DNA of 64,000 bases from an uncultured delta proteobacterium (GTDB taxonomy: Bacteria; Myxococcota_A; Polyangia; Polyangiales; Polyangiaceae): assembly GCA_963716725.1 (NCBI GenBank), contig CAVQUB010000012.1:256001-320000 (forward strand), written 5' to 3'. Under the pieces are notes generated by a model, which did no database searches, was not told the origin of the DNA, and was given only the letters and a program-made list of their open reading frames with translations. The position numbers were made by a program, and so were the translations under genes. This document shows positions 47,837 to 57,521 of this stretch, in pieces (the stretch's first letter is position 1; each line of letters begins with the position of its first letter).

Positions 47837-49384
47837 ATGAGCGAGAACTCGGAAGCGAAGCAGAGTGCGGCGTCAGACACGGCGGCGCTCGACGACGTCA
47901 AGCAGTTGGGGCTCGGGGCAGCCATCATCTCGCTGGGCTACGTGTTCTGGGTCGTCGGCGCCATGGAGATGGTCGAACGCTTCGCCTACTACGGCGTCAA
48001 GGCGGTGGCGACGCTCTACGCCAAGGCGCCCATGAGCAAGGGCGGGCTCGGCGTCACGATGTCGCAGTTTGGGATCATCCTCGGAACTTGGGCCTGGGTG
48101 CAGTCGTTGGTGCCGGTCTTCACCGGCGGCCTCTCCGACCGCTACGGCTACAAGGAGACCATCTTTGCGTCCACCGTGATCAAGATCTCAGGCTACCTCG
48201 TGATGGCCTTCTTCCCGACCTTCGCTGGCTTCTTCGTCGGTGCCATGTTGCTGGCGACGGGTACAGCGGTGTTCAAGCCCGGTATCCAGGGCACGCTGGT
48301 CAAGGCCACCAAGCGCGAGAACAGCTCGATGGCTTGGGGCATCTTCTACCAGACCGTCAACATTGGTGGGTTCATGGGGCCGCTCCTGGCCGGCTACATG
48401 CGCAAGATGGAGTGGCGCTACGTGTTCTTGTCCTGCGCTGCTCTGATCTCGCTGAACTTCCTGCTCTTGCTGGTCTACAAGGAGCCGGGCAAAGCGGAGC
48501 GACTGGAGCGGGCGAAGCTCGCGAAAGAGGGCAAGCTGAAGCAGGAGGCGCTCTGGAAGGAGTCGCTGCGCGAGCTCGTCAAGAAGCACGTCTGGCTGTA
48601 TCTGCTGATCTTCTCCGGCTTCTGGTACATGTTCAACGCGCTCTTCGACGTGCTGCCCGCGCACATCGACGATTGGGTCGATACGCGTGACATCGTGAAG
48701 ACCCTGTTCGGAACCGGCGGCACGGACTCCGCGTTCGTGAAGTTTTTCGTGGTGATGAACAAGGAGGGCACGGAAATCCTCCCCGAGGGCATGCTCAACC
48801 TCAACGCGGGCTTGATCATGACGACCTGCTTCTTGTTCGCGTGGCTCAGCGGGCGGATGCGCGCCACCACCAGCATGGTGATCGGCACGCTGCTGGCCTG
48901 CGTGTCCATGTTTCTGTCGGGTTACTCGACCCTGGGCTGGCTCTCGGTGGGCGCGATCCTGATCTTCAGCGTCGGCGAGATGCTCTCGAGCCCGAAGTTC
49001 AGCGAGTTCATCGGTAACTTCGCGCCCGCGGACAAGAAGGCGATGTACCTCGGGTTTTCGCAGATCCCGCTGGCCATCGGCTGGGGCATCGAGGGCTTCA
49101 CGGCCCCGGTCCTGTACGACCACTTCGCCTCGAAGGATCGCTTCGCGCGCGAATTGCTCCTCGAGCGAGGCATGGGCGCCGCGCAGGTCGAGGCCATCAA
49201 GCAAGGCGAGGCCTTCGCCGAGCTGATGAAATTCACCGGCGAATCCCGGGAAGCGCTCACGCATCTCCTGTACACGTCCCACAACGTCGGCGTGGTGTGG
49301 ATTTTCATGGGGGCGATAGGTGTCGCCACGGCCATGGGGATCTACGCTTACGGCAAGTGGATCCGAACCATCGTCAAGAGCTGA
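47837..49384 (+). CDS. MFS transporter, POT-like
   Basis: EMVERFAYYG, GGLSDRYGYK, FKPGIQG, IFYQTVNIGG; multiple TMs. Confidence 0.88.
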   Translation: MSENSEAKQSAASDTAALDDVKQLGLGAAIISLGYVFWVVGAMEMVERFAYYGVKAVATLYAKAPMSKGGLGVTMSQFGIILGTWAWVQSLVPVFTGGLSDRYGYKETIFASTVIKISGYLVMAFFPTFAGFFVGAMLLATGTAVFKPGIQGTLVKATKRENSSMAWGIFYQTVNIGGFMGPLLAGYMRKMEWRYVFLSCAALISLNFLLLLVYKEPGKAERLERAKLAKEGKLKQEALWKESLRELVKKHVWLYLLIFSGFWYMFNALFDVLPAHIDDWVDTRDIVKTLFGTGGTDSAFVKFFVVMNKEGTEILPEGMLNLNAGLIMTTCFLFAWLSGRMRATTSMVIGTLLACVSMFLSGYSTLGWLSVGAILIFSVGEMLSSPKFSEFIGNFAPADKKAMYLGFSQIPLAIGWGIEGFTAPVLYDHFASKDRFARELLLERGMGAAQVEAIKQGEAFAELMKFTGESREALTHLLYTSHNVGVVWIFMGAIGVATAMGIYAYGKWIRTIVKS

Positions 49385-50214
49385 AGCCGCGCCTCGGCCG
49401 CCGTCGCCTGCTGGCTGGCGCGGGAGCAGTCGCGGGAGCGGTTGCGTTGGATGCGTTTGCGATCGAGCCCGCGTGGCTGGACGTCACTCGGCACGATCTC
49501 GCCATCGAGCGTCTCCCCTTGGCTCTCGATGGCTTCTCGATCGCTCATGTCACCGACGCCCACCTGCGAAGCATGGGCCGGGTCGAGCTGGGCATTGTCG
49601 AGGCGGTGCGACAGTCGCAGATCCAGCTCGTGGTGCTGACCGGAGACATCGTGGATCGTCCCGAGTCACTCGCGGTGCTGGCGGAGCTGTGCAGCGGTCT
49701 CCGCGCTGCTGGCGCTGCCGTCGTGGCGACCTTGGGCAACTGGGAGCACTGGGGTGGATTCACGGCCCTGGGCCTGGCGCATGAGTACGCCCGCACGGGG
49801 GCGAGCCTGCTGGTCAACGAGTGTGCGGACGTGGGTGGCGTCGTCGTGGCCGCGACCGATGACGGCTACGCCGGTGCTCCGCGCTGGGATCAGACGCTGG
49901 CGTCTCTCGCCAAGCTCGACACGAAGGGCGCGCCCAGGCTCCTGCTCACCCACAGTCCTGCGATGTTCGAGCAACTGCCCTTCGAGGCGCCACGCTTCGA
50001 TTTGTCCCTGGCCGGACACACTCACGGTGGTCAGATCCGCTTCGGACCCGTTGCTCCGCTGGTGCCGCCCGGCAGCGGACGCTTCGTCAAGGGTTTCTAC
50101 GACACCCGCGCCGGTCGCGCCTACGTCAGTCGGGGCACGGGAACCAGCCTGGTTCCGGCGCGCTTTCTCTGTCGGCCGGAGCTGCCCGTGTTCCGGCTCA
50201 GAGCACGTCGTTGA
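49381..50214 (+). CDS. Tat-exported metallophosphoesterase (YkuE-like)
   Basis: GRRRLLAG signal; TDAH, TGDIVD, LGNWEH, LTHSP, GHTHGGQ, SRGTG; start uncertain (CTG at 49381 proposed). Confidence 0.85.
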   Translation: MKPRLGRRRLLAGAGAVAGAVALDAFAIEPAWLDVTRHDLAIERLPLALDGFSIAHVTDAHLRSMGRVELGIVEAVRQSQIQLVVLTGDIVDRPESLAVLAELCSGLRAAGAAVVATLGNWEHWGGFTALGLAHEYARTGASLLVNECADVGGVVVAATDDGYAGAPRWDQTLASLAKLDTKGAPRLLLTHSPAMFEQLPFEAPRFDLSLAGHTHGGQIRFGPVAPLVPPGSGRFVKGFYDTRAGRAYVSRGTGTSLVPARFLCRPELPVFRLRARR

Positions 50215-50911
50215 TCGAGAAGACGTAGGCTGCGCCGACGCCCGCGCTGTAGATCGGATCGCCCCCGGCCTGCACGCCGGAGAACAACACGCCGTCGCCG
50301 CTTCGTCCGACCCAGACGCCGACGGGCAGCTCACGCCGCGCGCTGAACACGAGTTCGAGGTGTCCGTCGATCCGGCGGGACACGGCGCCCGCGCGCCAGC
50401 GCAGTCCTGCGTCGAGCCCGACGCCCACCAGCTCGAGGTGCGCGGATCCGAGCGGTGACGCGGCGGTGAGGCGCTTCCAGTCCCCGGCGGGACCGATCAG
50501 GAGTCGCAGATCGGAGCTCAGGCGCGGCGCGTAGCGCAGGCTGCCTCCGGTGCCGACCGTCAACGAGGACCCAACCAGCTCGGGGCCGCCGCCGAAGTAC
50601 CTCTCTTCGACGTGGGCGAGCGCCAGGCCGCCCACCCCGATCCAGGCGCTCGCGCGCAGCTCGAGGGCAGCAGCGAAGGCCATGCCGGCCCCGACCTCGA
50701 ACGACAGCGAGCCGGGGCTCTGATCGTGGTCCGCGCCGAAGTCCTCGGAGCCGCCGATGGCGGCGAGGTCCAGGTCGGTCACATGCCGATAGCTCGCGCC
50801 CGCGGCGATGAGCAGGTCTCCCGTCGAGCTCGGATCGGCTGAGGCCGGGGCGGCGACGAGGCCGAGGGCGAAGGCGAGGGTCAGCGCAGCGACCGAGATT
50901 GGCGAGGTCAT
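50198..50911 (-). CDS. Secreted protein, probable outer-membrane beta-barrel
   Basis: Signal peptide ending ASA; amphipathic beta strands; terminal GAAYVF. Confidence 0.6.
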   Translation of the reverse strand: MTSPISVAALTLAFALGLVAAPASADPSSTGDLLIAAGASYRHVTDLDLAAIGGSEDFGADHDQSPGSLSFEVGAGMAFAAALELRASAWIGVGGLALAHVEERYFGGGPELVGSSLTVGTGGSLRYAPRLSSDLRLLIGPAGDWKRLTAASPLGSAHLELVGVGLDAGLRWRAGAVSRRIDGHLELVFSARRELPVGVWVGRSGDGVLFSGVQAGGDPIYSAGVGAAYVFSINDVL

Positions 50912-51053
50912 TCGTCGGAGCGCAGAGCATGGCTCATGCCAGGCAGCCCGACCGAAAGTTCCGGCCCGCGTTCGTCGCCCATCGTCCGCGGTTCACGCGA
51001 CCGGGACACGGAGATCAGGCTCCCGGCGCGAAATCGCGCTAGACACTCGGCCG

Positions 51054-51659
51054 ATGCCCGCTGACCCGCGCCCCGCCGAACGCTTCTTGCAGAGCCAGTC
51101 GCTCGCCAATTGGGCCGAGGTCGCGGCCAACGATCTCACGCTGACCTTGGCGGACCACGCCCATTGCGAGAAGAAGGCGAGTGCCAGCGCGTTGGCCCTC
51201 ATCAACGACTATCCCGAGGACGCAGAGCTGGTCTCCGCAATGGCGCGGATCGCCGAGGAGGAGATCGGGCACTTCCGCGAGGTCCACGAGCTGCTTCTGG
51301 AGCGCGGCGCCGAGCTATCGCGGGACCGCGGTGATCCCTACGCCAAGGCCCTGAAGGGCCTGCTTCGCCAGCCCCAGGAGCAACGCAAACTCGACCGGCT
51401 GCTCGTCGGTGCGCTGATCGAGGCCCGATCCTGTGAGCGCTTCCGGTTGCTGAGGACCGAGCTCGAGCGGCGGGGGGAGGCGCGTCTCGCAGCCATCTTC
51501 CGCCGACTCGAGTCGAGTGAAACCGGGCACGCGACGCTGTTCGTGAGCCTCGCCGAGTCCAGATTCGGAGCGGACACCACCCGCGCACGACTCGACGAGC
51601 TGGCGCGGGCTGAAGCCAAGATCGTCGCCGAGTTGCCGATCGTGCCGCGCATCCACTGA
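51054..51659 (+). CDS. miaE: tRNA-(ms2io6A37) hydroxylase
   Basis: DHAHCEKKA, EEIGHF, DPYA, DRLLVGALIEARSCERF, SETGH, terminal RIH. Confidence 0.92.
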   Translation: MPADPRPAERFLQSQSLANWAEVAANDLTLTLADHAHCEKKASASALALINDYPEDAELVSAMARIAEEEIGHFREVHELLLERGAELSRDRGDPYAKALKGLLRQPQEQRKLDRLLVGALIEARSCERFRLLRTELERRGEARLAAIFRRLESSETGHATLFVSLAESRFGADTTRARLDELARAEAKIVAELPIVPRIH

Positions 51660-51660
51660 G

Positions 51661-52332
51661 CTATTTGCTCTTGGGCTTCGGCCAGGGGATGTCGCCGCTT
51701 GCCAGCGCAACGCCTCGCTCGAGCAGCGAGCGGCGGCTGTCGTAGCAGAGGTCGTACTCGCGATCCGTCGTGAGCACGCTGCCACCGCCGTCTTCCATCA
51801 GGCAGCCGCGGTTCGGGCAATGATCCAAGCCGAAGGTATGCCCAATCTCGTGGACCGCGACTTTCGCAAAACGAACGCGCGCGTGCTCGGCATTCTTGGC
51901 CTGACGTTTACAGCGGAACGACGACAGCACACACGCCGCTCCGTCGATTGTGGCGAGCCCCAAAATCCCCCAGTCTTCGACCTTTCCCTTGGTCGTGCTG
52001 ATGTCGACGCTGGTGAGTCCGAGGATTCGATTGCCGTCCTTGGGCAGGCGCGGGGCGAGAAAGGCGAGCAGCTTCTCTGCCCGGTAGCGCGCGCGCTTGG
52101 GGTAGTACGCTGATTTTGGAAGGTCGACGCGTCCCAGGCTCTTGACCTCCACCGCGTAGAACGCGCGCAGCGCTCGCATCACCAGTTCCAGATCTGCCTG
52201 GGGCAATGCCTTCCCGAGCGGCTGCACGTACAAGATGCGCGGCTCGTCCGCCGCCCAGAGCGGCGGTGCCGCGAGGGAACCTGCCGCCAGGGCGGACAGC
52301 GCCAGAAATCGGCGTCGTGGGTGCGGCGTCAT
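51661..52332 (-). CDS. Archaemetzincin (M54) zinc metalloprotease, Tat signal
   Basis: PRRRFL signal; HEIGHTFGLDHC...CLM...LC. Confidence 0.88.
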   Translation of the reverse strand: MTPHPRRRFLALSALAAGSLAAPPLWAADEPRILYVQPLGKALPQADLELVMRALRAFYAVEVKSLGRVDLPKSAYYPKRARYRAEKLLAFLAPRLPKDGNRILGLTSVDISTTKGKVEDWGILGLATIDGAACVLSSFRCKRQAKNAEHARVRFAKVAVHEIGHTFGLDHCPNRGCLMEDGGGSVLTTDREYDLCYDSRRSLLERGVALASGDIPWPKPKSK

Positions 52333-53285
52333 TTGCTGCTCATGAGCATAGCAAGATCGTCAGCACTGAGCCGCACCTGCGTCCGCGGCAGCCGCTCGAG
52401 GGTGAAGGCCGGCAGCACCGCGCGGGCGGTGGGGCGCTTCGGAACCTCGAGCCCAGCCGAGCGCGCTGCCCAGCTCACGATGGCGCGTGGGTCGACGCCA
52501 CGCGCTCGCAGCTCCGCCAAGCTCAGATCGTCCGCCCGCTTCGCGAAGCGTCGCCCGCTCCCGTCGACCACGAGTGGAACATGCACGAAGGTGGGGTGAT
52601 CCAGGCCGAGCGCGTGTTGGAGGTGCCACTGCCGGGCTGCACTCGGGAGGAGATCGTCGCCTCGGAGCACCTCCGTCACGCCTTGGTGCGCGTCATCCAC
52701 CACGACGGCGAGCTGATAGGCGGGCGTCCCGTCCCGGCGTGCGACCATGAAATCGCCCACCTCGGCCTGCACGTCGAAGCTCGCTGCTTCGGCGAAGCCA
52801 TCGTTGATGGTGACAGCCCCGGTCGGGACTCGGAAGCGCAGGCTCGCGTCGCGCCCGCTCTCGGCGCGGGCGGCATCGAGCGATTCGAAGCGACCCAGGC
52901 AGGTGCCGGGGTAGCGCAGCTCGACATCGCCCTGCTGCGGCGCGCTGAGCTGCGCTCGCAGATCGCCGCGAGAGCACACACAGGGATAGAGCGCCCCGCT
53001 GTCTGTGAGCCGATCCACGGCCGCTCGGAGCCGCTCCAAACCGGACGACTGCAGGAGCCAAGGGCCGTCCCAATCGAGGCCGAGCCAGTCGAGATCGCGC
53101 AAGGCAGCGTCGATCATCGCCGGCTTCACTCGCGGACCGTCCAAGTCCTCCATGCGCAGCACCATGCCGCCGCCGCGCGAGCGCGCGCTCCACCACGCGA
53201 GAAGAAACGATCGCGCGTGGCCCAGGTGAAGCAAGCCCGTCGGGCTCGGCGCCAGCCGTCCGATGAGGGGTCGCGTTGCGGTCAT
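52329..53285 (-). CDS. gluQ: Glutamyl-Q tRNA(Asp) synthetase
   Basis: GRLAPSPTGLLHLGH, YPCVCSR..YPGTC, YQLAVVVDD, RGDDLL; no anticodon domain. Confidence 0.92.
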   Translation of the reverse strand: MTATRPLIGRLAPSPTGLLHLGHARSFLLAWWSARSRGGGMVLRMEDLDGPRVKPAMIDAALRDLDWLGLDWDGPWLLQSSGLERLRAAVDRLTDSGALYPCVCSRGDLRAQLSAPQQGDVELRYPGTCLGRFESLDAARAESGRDASLRFRVPTGAVTINDGFAEAASFDVQAEVGDFMVARRDGTPAYQLAVVVDDAHQGVTEVLRGDDLLPSAARQWHLQHALGLDHPTFVHVPLVVDGSGRRFAKRADDLSLAELRARGVDPRAIVSWAARSAGLEVPKRPTARAVLPAFTLERLPRTQVRLSADDLAMLMSSK

Positions 53286-53325
53286 CGAGCTTCGGCAGCC
53301 ATGCTGCTCGAAGGGCCCTCGCGTG

Positions 53326-53589
53326 TCACATCTTCTCGACGGACTTGAACATCTCGCGCACGAACGAAGTGCGAGGCCGGATCAGGAGCACTCTGCCGGC
53401 AAGGGGACGGACCTGAATGCGCGCTCCGGCGGGAAAACCCACGTCGGAGTTCAAGAGCTCGTCGTCGAAGATGTAGCGGTTGCCGTCCTCGGTGCGCTCC
53501 GCGCTGGTCACGTCGGCGCGTGCCGTACCCGAGACGCTCAGAAACCCCAGCAGAGCCGCCGCACAAATCCCGTATCGAATCATCGTCAT
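53326..53589 (-). CDS. CglF/GltF-like small secreted protein
   Basis: 87 aa, GGAGG RBS, signal peptide, YIFDDE, C-terminal LIRPRTSFVREMFKSVEKM similar to the CglF C-terminus as I recall it. Confidence 0.6.
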   Translation of the reverse strand: MTMIRYGICAAALLGFLSVSGTARADVTSAERTEDGNRYIFDDELLNSDVGFPAGARIQVRPLAGRVLLIRPRTSFVREMFKSVEKM

Positions 53590-53633
53590 GGACCTCCCGA
53601 AGGGTTGAACCCGCAGCGGGCGCGCGCCTTGGG

Positions 53634-54152
53634 TCAGTCCTTGTCAGGGTCGCATTTGCAGGCCGCTAAGCGGAGCTGGCTGTCCTTGACGATGGTCTTC
53701 GCGCGCGAGCAGCGCTCGGTGGCGTCTCCCGCGAGCCGGCAGACGGCGGCGGCGGCTCGGCGCAGCGAGCCCATGGCCTTACAGGCCTCGGGGCAGCGCG
53801 TGTCGCCCGCGCTCAGCCGCGTCGCGTCTCCGGCTGCGCCCTTGCTGCCCAGCAGTTGGTTCAGGGTGGTCGCAGCTTCGTCGAGCGCCTTCTCCGCCTC
53901 CGGCAGGGACAAGTCCTCGGCCTTGCGCTTCTGGGGCAAGTCGTCTGATGTCGGCGTGTCGGTGCTTTCTGAACCCAGGGTAGGCATCGGCGATGGCCGC
54001 GACGCCCCCGGCTGCATCGGAGCGCTGACGGGCGTCTGCTGACTCTCGGCGGGAGACTGAGCTGGCGCAGGCGCCGCTTCTTGCTGCTTGCAGCCAGCCG
54101 CCAGCAGCGTCGTGAGCGCAAGCCACGCAAATCCGAGTCGCATATCGATCAC
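53634..54152 (-). CDS. Cys-containing helical lipoprotein (paralog 2)
   Basis: Lipobox LAAGC; CPEACKAMGSLRRAAAAVCRLAG..RC..AK..V..ACKC; GTGA overlap start (alternative ATG 54143). Confidence 0.75.
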   Translation of the reverse strand: MIDMRLGFAWLALTTLLAAGCKQQEAAPAPAQSPAESQQTPVSAPMQPGASRPSPMPTLGSESTDTPTSDDLPQKRKAEDLSLPEAEKALDEAATTLNQLLGSKGAAGDATRLSAGDTRCPEACKAMGSLRRAAAAVCRLAGDATERCSRAKTIVKDSQLRLAACKCDPDKD

Positions 54153-54685
54153 TCTCCGTTCGCCGCGCATTTGCAGGCAGTCATGCGGGCCTCGTTCTTG
54201 CTCACGATGCTCTGAGCACGCTTGCAGCGCGCGTCGGCCTCGCCCGCGAGTCGGCACACGGCGACGGCAGCGCGCTTGAGCGACGCGAAGGCCTTGCAGG
54301 CGTTCACGCAGGGGTCTGGGGCCTCGCGTTGCGGCGTGGCGGTCGGCCGTGGCGCGGTGGAGTCCTTGGGTCTTGCGGGGCCATCCTGGGCGGTCTTGCC
54401 GGCCTTGTCGGCCGCGGGCTTCGGGTTCAGCTCCGCCTGCGCGCGGTCGAGGGCCGCTTCGGCCTCGGCGATGCTCGCGAAGGCGTTCTCGTCGGTGCTG
54501 GACGCACCCCCCAGGGGCTCAGGCGGCGGGGGGCTGGGTGGCTCCTCCGTCGAACCCGGCTGCTGGACGTAGCCAGGGAGCGGGCTGGGCGATTCGGGTT
54601 CGGCAGCGGGAGCCTTTGACGGCGTGGCGCAGCCCGGAGCGCAGGTGAAAACCAAGCCAACCAGGACGACGTGACGGGTGCGCAT
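54149..54685 (-). CDS. Cys-containing helical lipoprotein (paralog 1)
   Basis: Lipobox APGC; CVNACKAFASLKRAAVAVCRLAG..RC..AQ..V..ACKC. Confidence 0.75.
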   Translation of the reverse strand: MRTRHVVLVGLVFTCAPGCATPSKAPAAEPESPSPLPGYVQQPGSTEEPPSPPPPEPLGGASSTDENAFASIAEAEAALDRAQAELNPKPAADKAGKTAQDGPARPKDSTAPRPTATPQREAPDPCVNACKAFASLKRAAVAVCRLAGEADARCKRAQSIVSKNEARMTACKCAANGE

Positions 54686-54830
54686 GCCTTCGGTCTCGAG
54701 CGTACAATCGGTGAGACGGTTCAGGGGCGGAATCGATGGGTGTTTTCTTCACCCTGCGCGAGAGCAGGCCCGCGCGGACACACGACCGAGGTACAACGGT
54801 TGGAGTCCGGCGGGCCTTGCACCGCATCGG

Positions 54831-56030
54831 TCAGTTGATCGCGTCGGGTCGGCGGTAGATGGTGACGACGGCCGCGCCACCGAGACCGAGGTTGTGCTGG
54901 AGCGCGACTTTGGCGCCGTCGACCTGGCGTTTTTCGGACAGGCCGCGGAGCTGCCAGTTGAGCTCTGCGCACTGCGCGAGGCCCGTCGCGCCCAGGGGAT
55001 GGCCCTTCGAGATCAGTCCGCCGGAGGGGTTGACGACGACCTTGCCACCGTAGGTCACGGCGCCGGAGTCGATCAGCTCGCCACCCTTGCCGATGGGGCA
55101 CAGGCCGAGGGCCTCGTAGGTGATGAGCTCGTTGGTGCTGAAGCAGTCGTGCAGCTCGACGACATTCAGGTTCTCCGGGCCTAGCCCCGATTGCTCGTAG
55201 GCCGTTTGGGCTGCCTTTCGGCTCATGTCCCAGCCCACGATCTTGAGGCAGCTCCGTTCGTCGAAGGAGCTTCCGAGGTCGGTCACCATCGACATGCCCG
55301 CGATCTCGACGGCCTTGTTCTCGAGCTTGTGCTGCTTCACGAACTCGGCGCTGGCCAAGATGGCAGCTCCGGCGCCGTCCGAGGTCGGGCAGCATTGGAG
55401 CTTGGTGAGCGGCGCGTAGACCTCTTTGGCGTTCAGGATGTCCTCGAGCGAGTATTCGTCTTGGAACTGCGAGTAGGGGTTGTTCACCGAGTGCTTGTGG
55501 TTCTTCCAGCCGACTTTGGCGAACTGCTCGGCGGTGGTCCCGTACTTCTCCATGTGCTCGCGCCCAGCGTTTCCGAACAGCTGCGGGGCCGGCGGCGCCG
55601 GAGCGAACTCCCGGAGCTCCATCATCAGCATCATGTGCTTGTCCAGGGGGTTCACGCGATCCATGAACTTGGCGCCCAGGGAGCCCTTTTCCATCTTCTC
55701 GAACCCGACGGCCATCACACAGTCGGCCAGGCCGCCTTCGACCAGCTGCTTGGCCAAGAACAGCGCCGTCGACCCGGTCGAGCAGTTGTTGTTGACGTTG
55801 TAGATGGGGATGCCGGTCAGCCCGAGCTGGTACAGCGCGCGCTCACCGCTCGTGCTCTCGCCGTAGACGTAGCCGGCCGCGGCCTGTTGGATCTTGGTGT
55901 ACGGGATGCCCGCGTCGGCGAGGGCTTTCTCGCCGGCTTCTTTCACCATGTCCGGGTAGTCCCACTCCTTGGAGCCCGGCTTCTCGAACTTCGTCATCCC
56001 GACGCCGACTACGTAGACTTTCCTGCCCAT
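54831..56030 (-). CDS. SCP2-type thiolase (lipid-transfer protein, SCP-x-like)
   Basis: [62 protein letters not shown]. Confidence 0.95.
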   Translation of the reverse strand: MGRKVYVVGVGMTKFEKPGSKEWDYPDMVKEAGEKALADAGIPYTKIQQAAAGYVYGESTSGERALYQLGLTGIPIYNVNNNCSTGSTALFLAKQLVEGGLADCVMAVGFEKMEKGSLGAKFMDRVNPLDKHMMLMMELREFAPAPPAPQLFGNAGREHMEKYGTTAEQFAKVGWKNHKHSVNNPYSQFQDEYSLEDILNAKEVYAPLTKLQCCPTSDGAGAAILASAEFVKQHKLENKAVEIAGMSMVTDLGSSFDERSCLKIVGWDMSRKAAQTAYEQSGLGPENLNVVELHDCFSTNELITYEALGLCPIGKGGELIDSGAVTYGGKVVVNPSGGLISKGHPLGATGLAQCAELNWQLRGLSEKRQVDGAKVALQHNLGLGGAAVVTIYRRPDAIN

Positions 56031-56141
56031 CGGTCTCTCCCTGGTTCTCGAGCGGGTGGCGCCCCGGAGGGGTGCGCTCCAGTGCTCGCGCTTGTGTTCG
56101 GATACGCCATCGACCGAGGGCAGGCAAGTCCGTCCAGGTCG

Positions 56142-57521
56142 TCACTGCACGCCGCAGCCGCACCATGGATCTTCCTTCGCCTCTTTGGCGCAAATGAAGT
56201 CCCACTTGCCCGAGGTGCAGCAGTAGGCGTCGCGCTTGCAGACGTGAGCCGCGCACTCCGAGCAGTTCGCAGCGAGCGCGGGACCGGCCTCGCACTCGCT
56301 GTGGCCGCAGGACGACGGACCACCCGCACACACACCCCGGCAGGCGCCGATGGACTCGCCCGCGAGGTCCACGCACGAGGCGTCCCACTTGCCTTTGACG
56401 GGATCGCAACACGACGGCTTGACCAGACAGACCTGGTCCGCGCAAGGGCTGCAGTCTTTGGTGAGCGCGGCGCCCGTTTGGCATTCGCCGTGGCCACAGG
56501 CCTTGGGGGGGCCATCGGCCTTGTTCGTCGGAGGCAACCCGCAGGTCACGCTGCGTGGAGCCCCGGTCAGCAGCTTGGCTGCCTTGCCCTTGTCGTCGAC
56601 GGCGTAGGCGTAGATGGTGTGTTTCTTGCCGTCTTTGAGCGTTGCGGGGACTGGCGTCGAGAATCCGTGCTTCGAAGAACCAAGTTTCTTCGCGAGGTCG
56701 CCGCGCTCGGCGTCCGCCTTCAGCGTGAGCTTTTTGGCGTTGGCGTTGGTGATGGGAGCGTCGAAGGTGAGCACGACGTCGATGGAGGCTTTGCCCGCGT
56801 CCGGGTCGTGGGCCCAACCCTCGAGCCCATCGTTGCAACTGGATTTCTCGAGCTGGCCCTTGGGTGGCGCGTTCTTCGACTCTTCTTCCACGCCCTTGCG
56901 ACGGATTGCGATGTACGAGCTGCCGAAGCTCCGCGCTTTGTGGATGCAACCGGTCTTGCAGCCAGCGCACTCGTAGGCCATGGCCTTGCCGCCGCCGGTC
57001 CAGCTCTCGAAGATGACGATGTGGCCCTTGCCACCCGAGTTGTAGACCAGCGCGTCTCCGGCCCTCAGCTCGCTTTTCTTGATCGGGTACCAGTGGGTCT
57101 TCTCGTAGCGGAAGTTGTAGGTGGAGTAGGGGTGGCGATCGATCTTGGGCGACCCCTCATTCGGTACCTGCCAGGCCTGGGCGACGAACCCCGAGCAGTC
57201 GGCGCCGTACTCCACGCCGCCCTTGGGAGACGCCGAGTGGCTGCACTTGCCGCAGGAGCCGGTGCACTTGCCGGGGTGACTCTTGCCGTTCGGGTCCCAG
57301 CGTCCGTGACCCCACCAATACGAGTAGCCAACTCCACTCGCGGCGAGGGCGATGATCTCGCCGGAGCTCATGGCCGCGGTGACGGCTTCTTGCGCGGTGG
57401 CGAGGTCCTCCTCTTCACCGGACTCCGCGACCTGAATGGCGCAACCCGCGGAGATCAGGGTCAGAGCGACCAGGGCGGCGGCGAGTCCGAACAGCCGGCG
57501 CCGATCAAAAGCAGCGGTCAT
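56142..57521 (-). CDS. Secreted NlpC/P60-like peptidoglycan hydrolase with Ig-like and Cys-rich C-terminal domains
   Basis: Lipobox ISAGC; GYSYWWG, ADCSGFV, GDALVY..GHIVIF, YEC; GWAHDPD domain; two CGHxECxxGxAL repeats. Confidence 0.75.
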   Translation of the reverse strand: MTAAFDRRRLFGLAAALVALTLISAGCAIQVAESGEEEDLATAQEAVTAAMSSGEIIALAASGVGYSYWWGHGRWDPNGKSHPGKCTGSCGKCSHSASPKGGVEYGADCSGFVAQAWQVPNEGSPKIDRHPYSTYNFRYEKTHWYPIKKSELRAGDALVYNSGGKGHIVIFESWTGGGKAMAYECAGCKTGCIHKARSFGSSYIAIRRKGVEEESKNAPPKGQLEKSSCNDGLEGWAHDPDAGKASIDVVLTFDAPITNANAKKLTLKADAERGDLAKKLGSSKHGFSTPVPATLKDGKKHTIYAYAVDDKGKAAKLLTGAPRSVTCGLPPTNKADGPPKACGHGECQTGAALTKDCSPCADQVCLVKPSCCDPVKGKWDASCVDLAGESIGACRGVCAGGPSSCGHSECEAGPALAANCSECAAHVCKRDAYCCTSGKWDFICAKEAKEDPWCGCGVQ

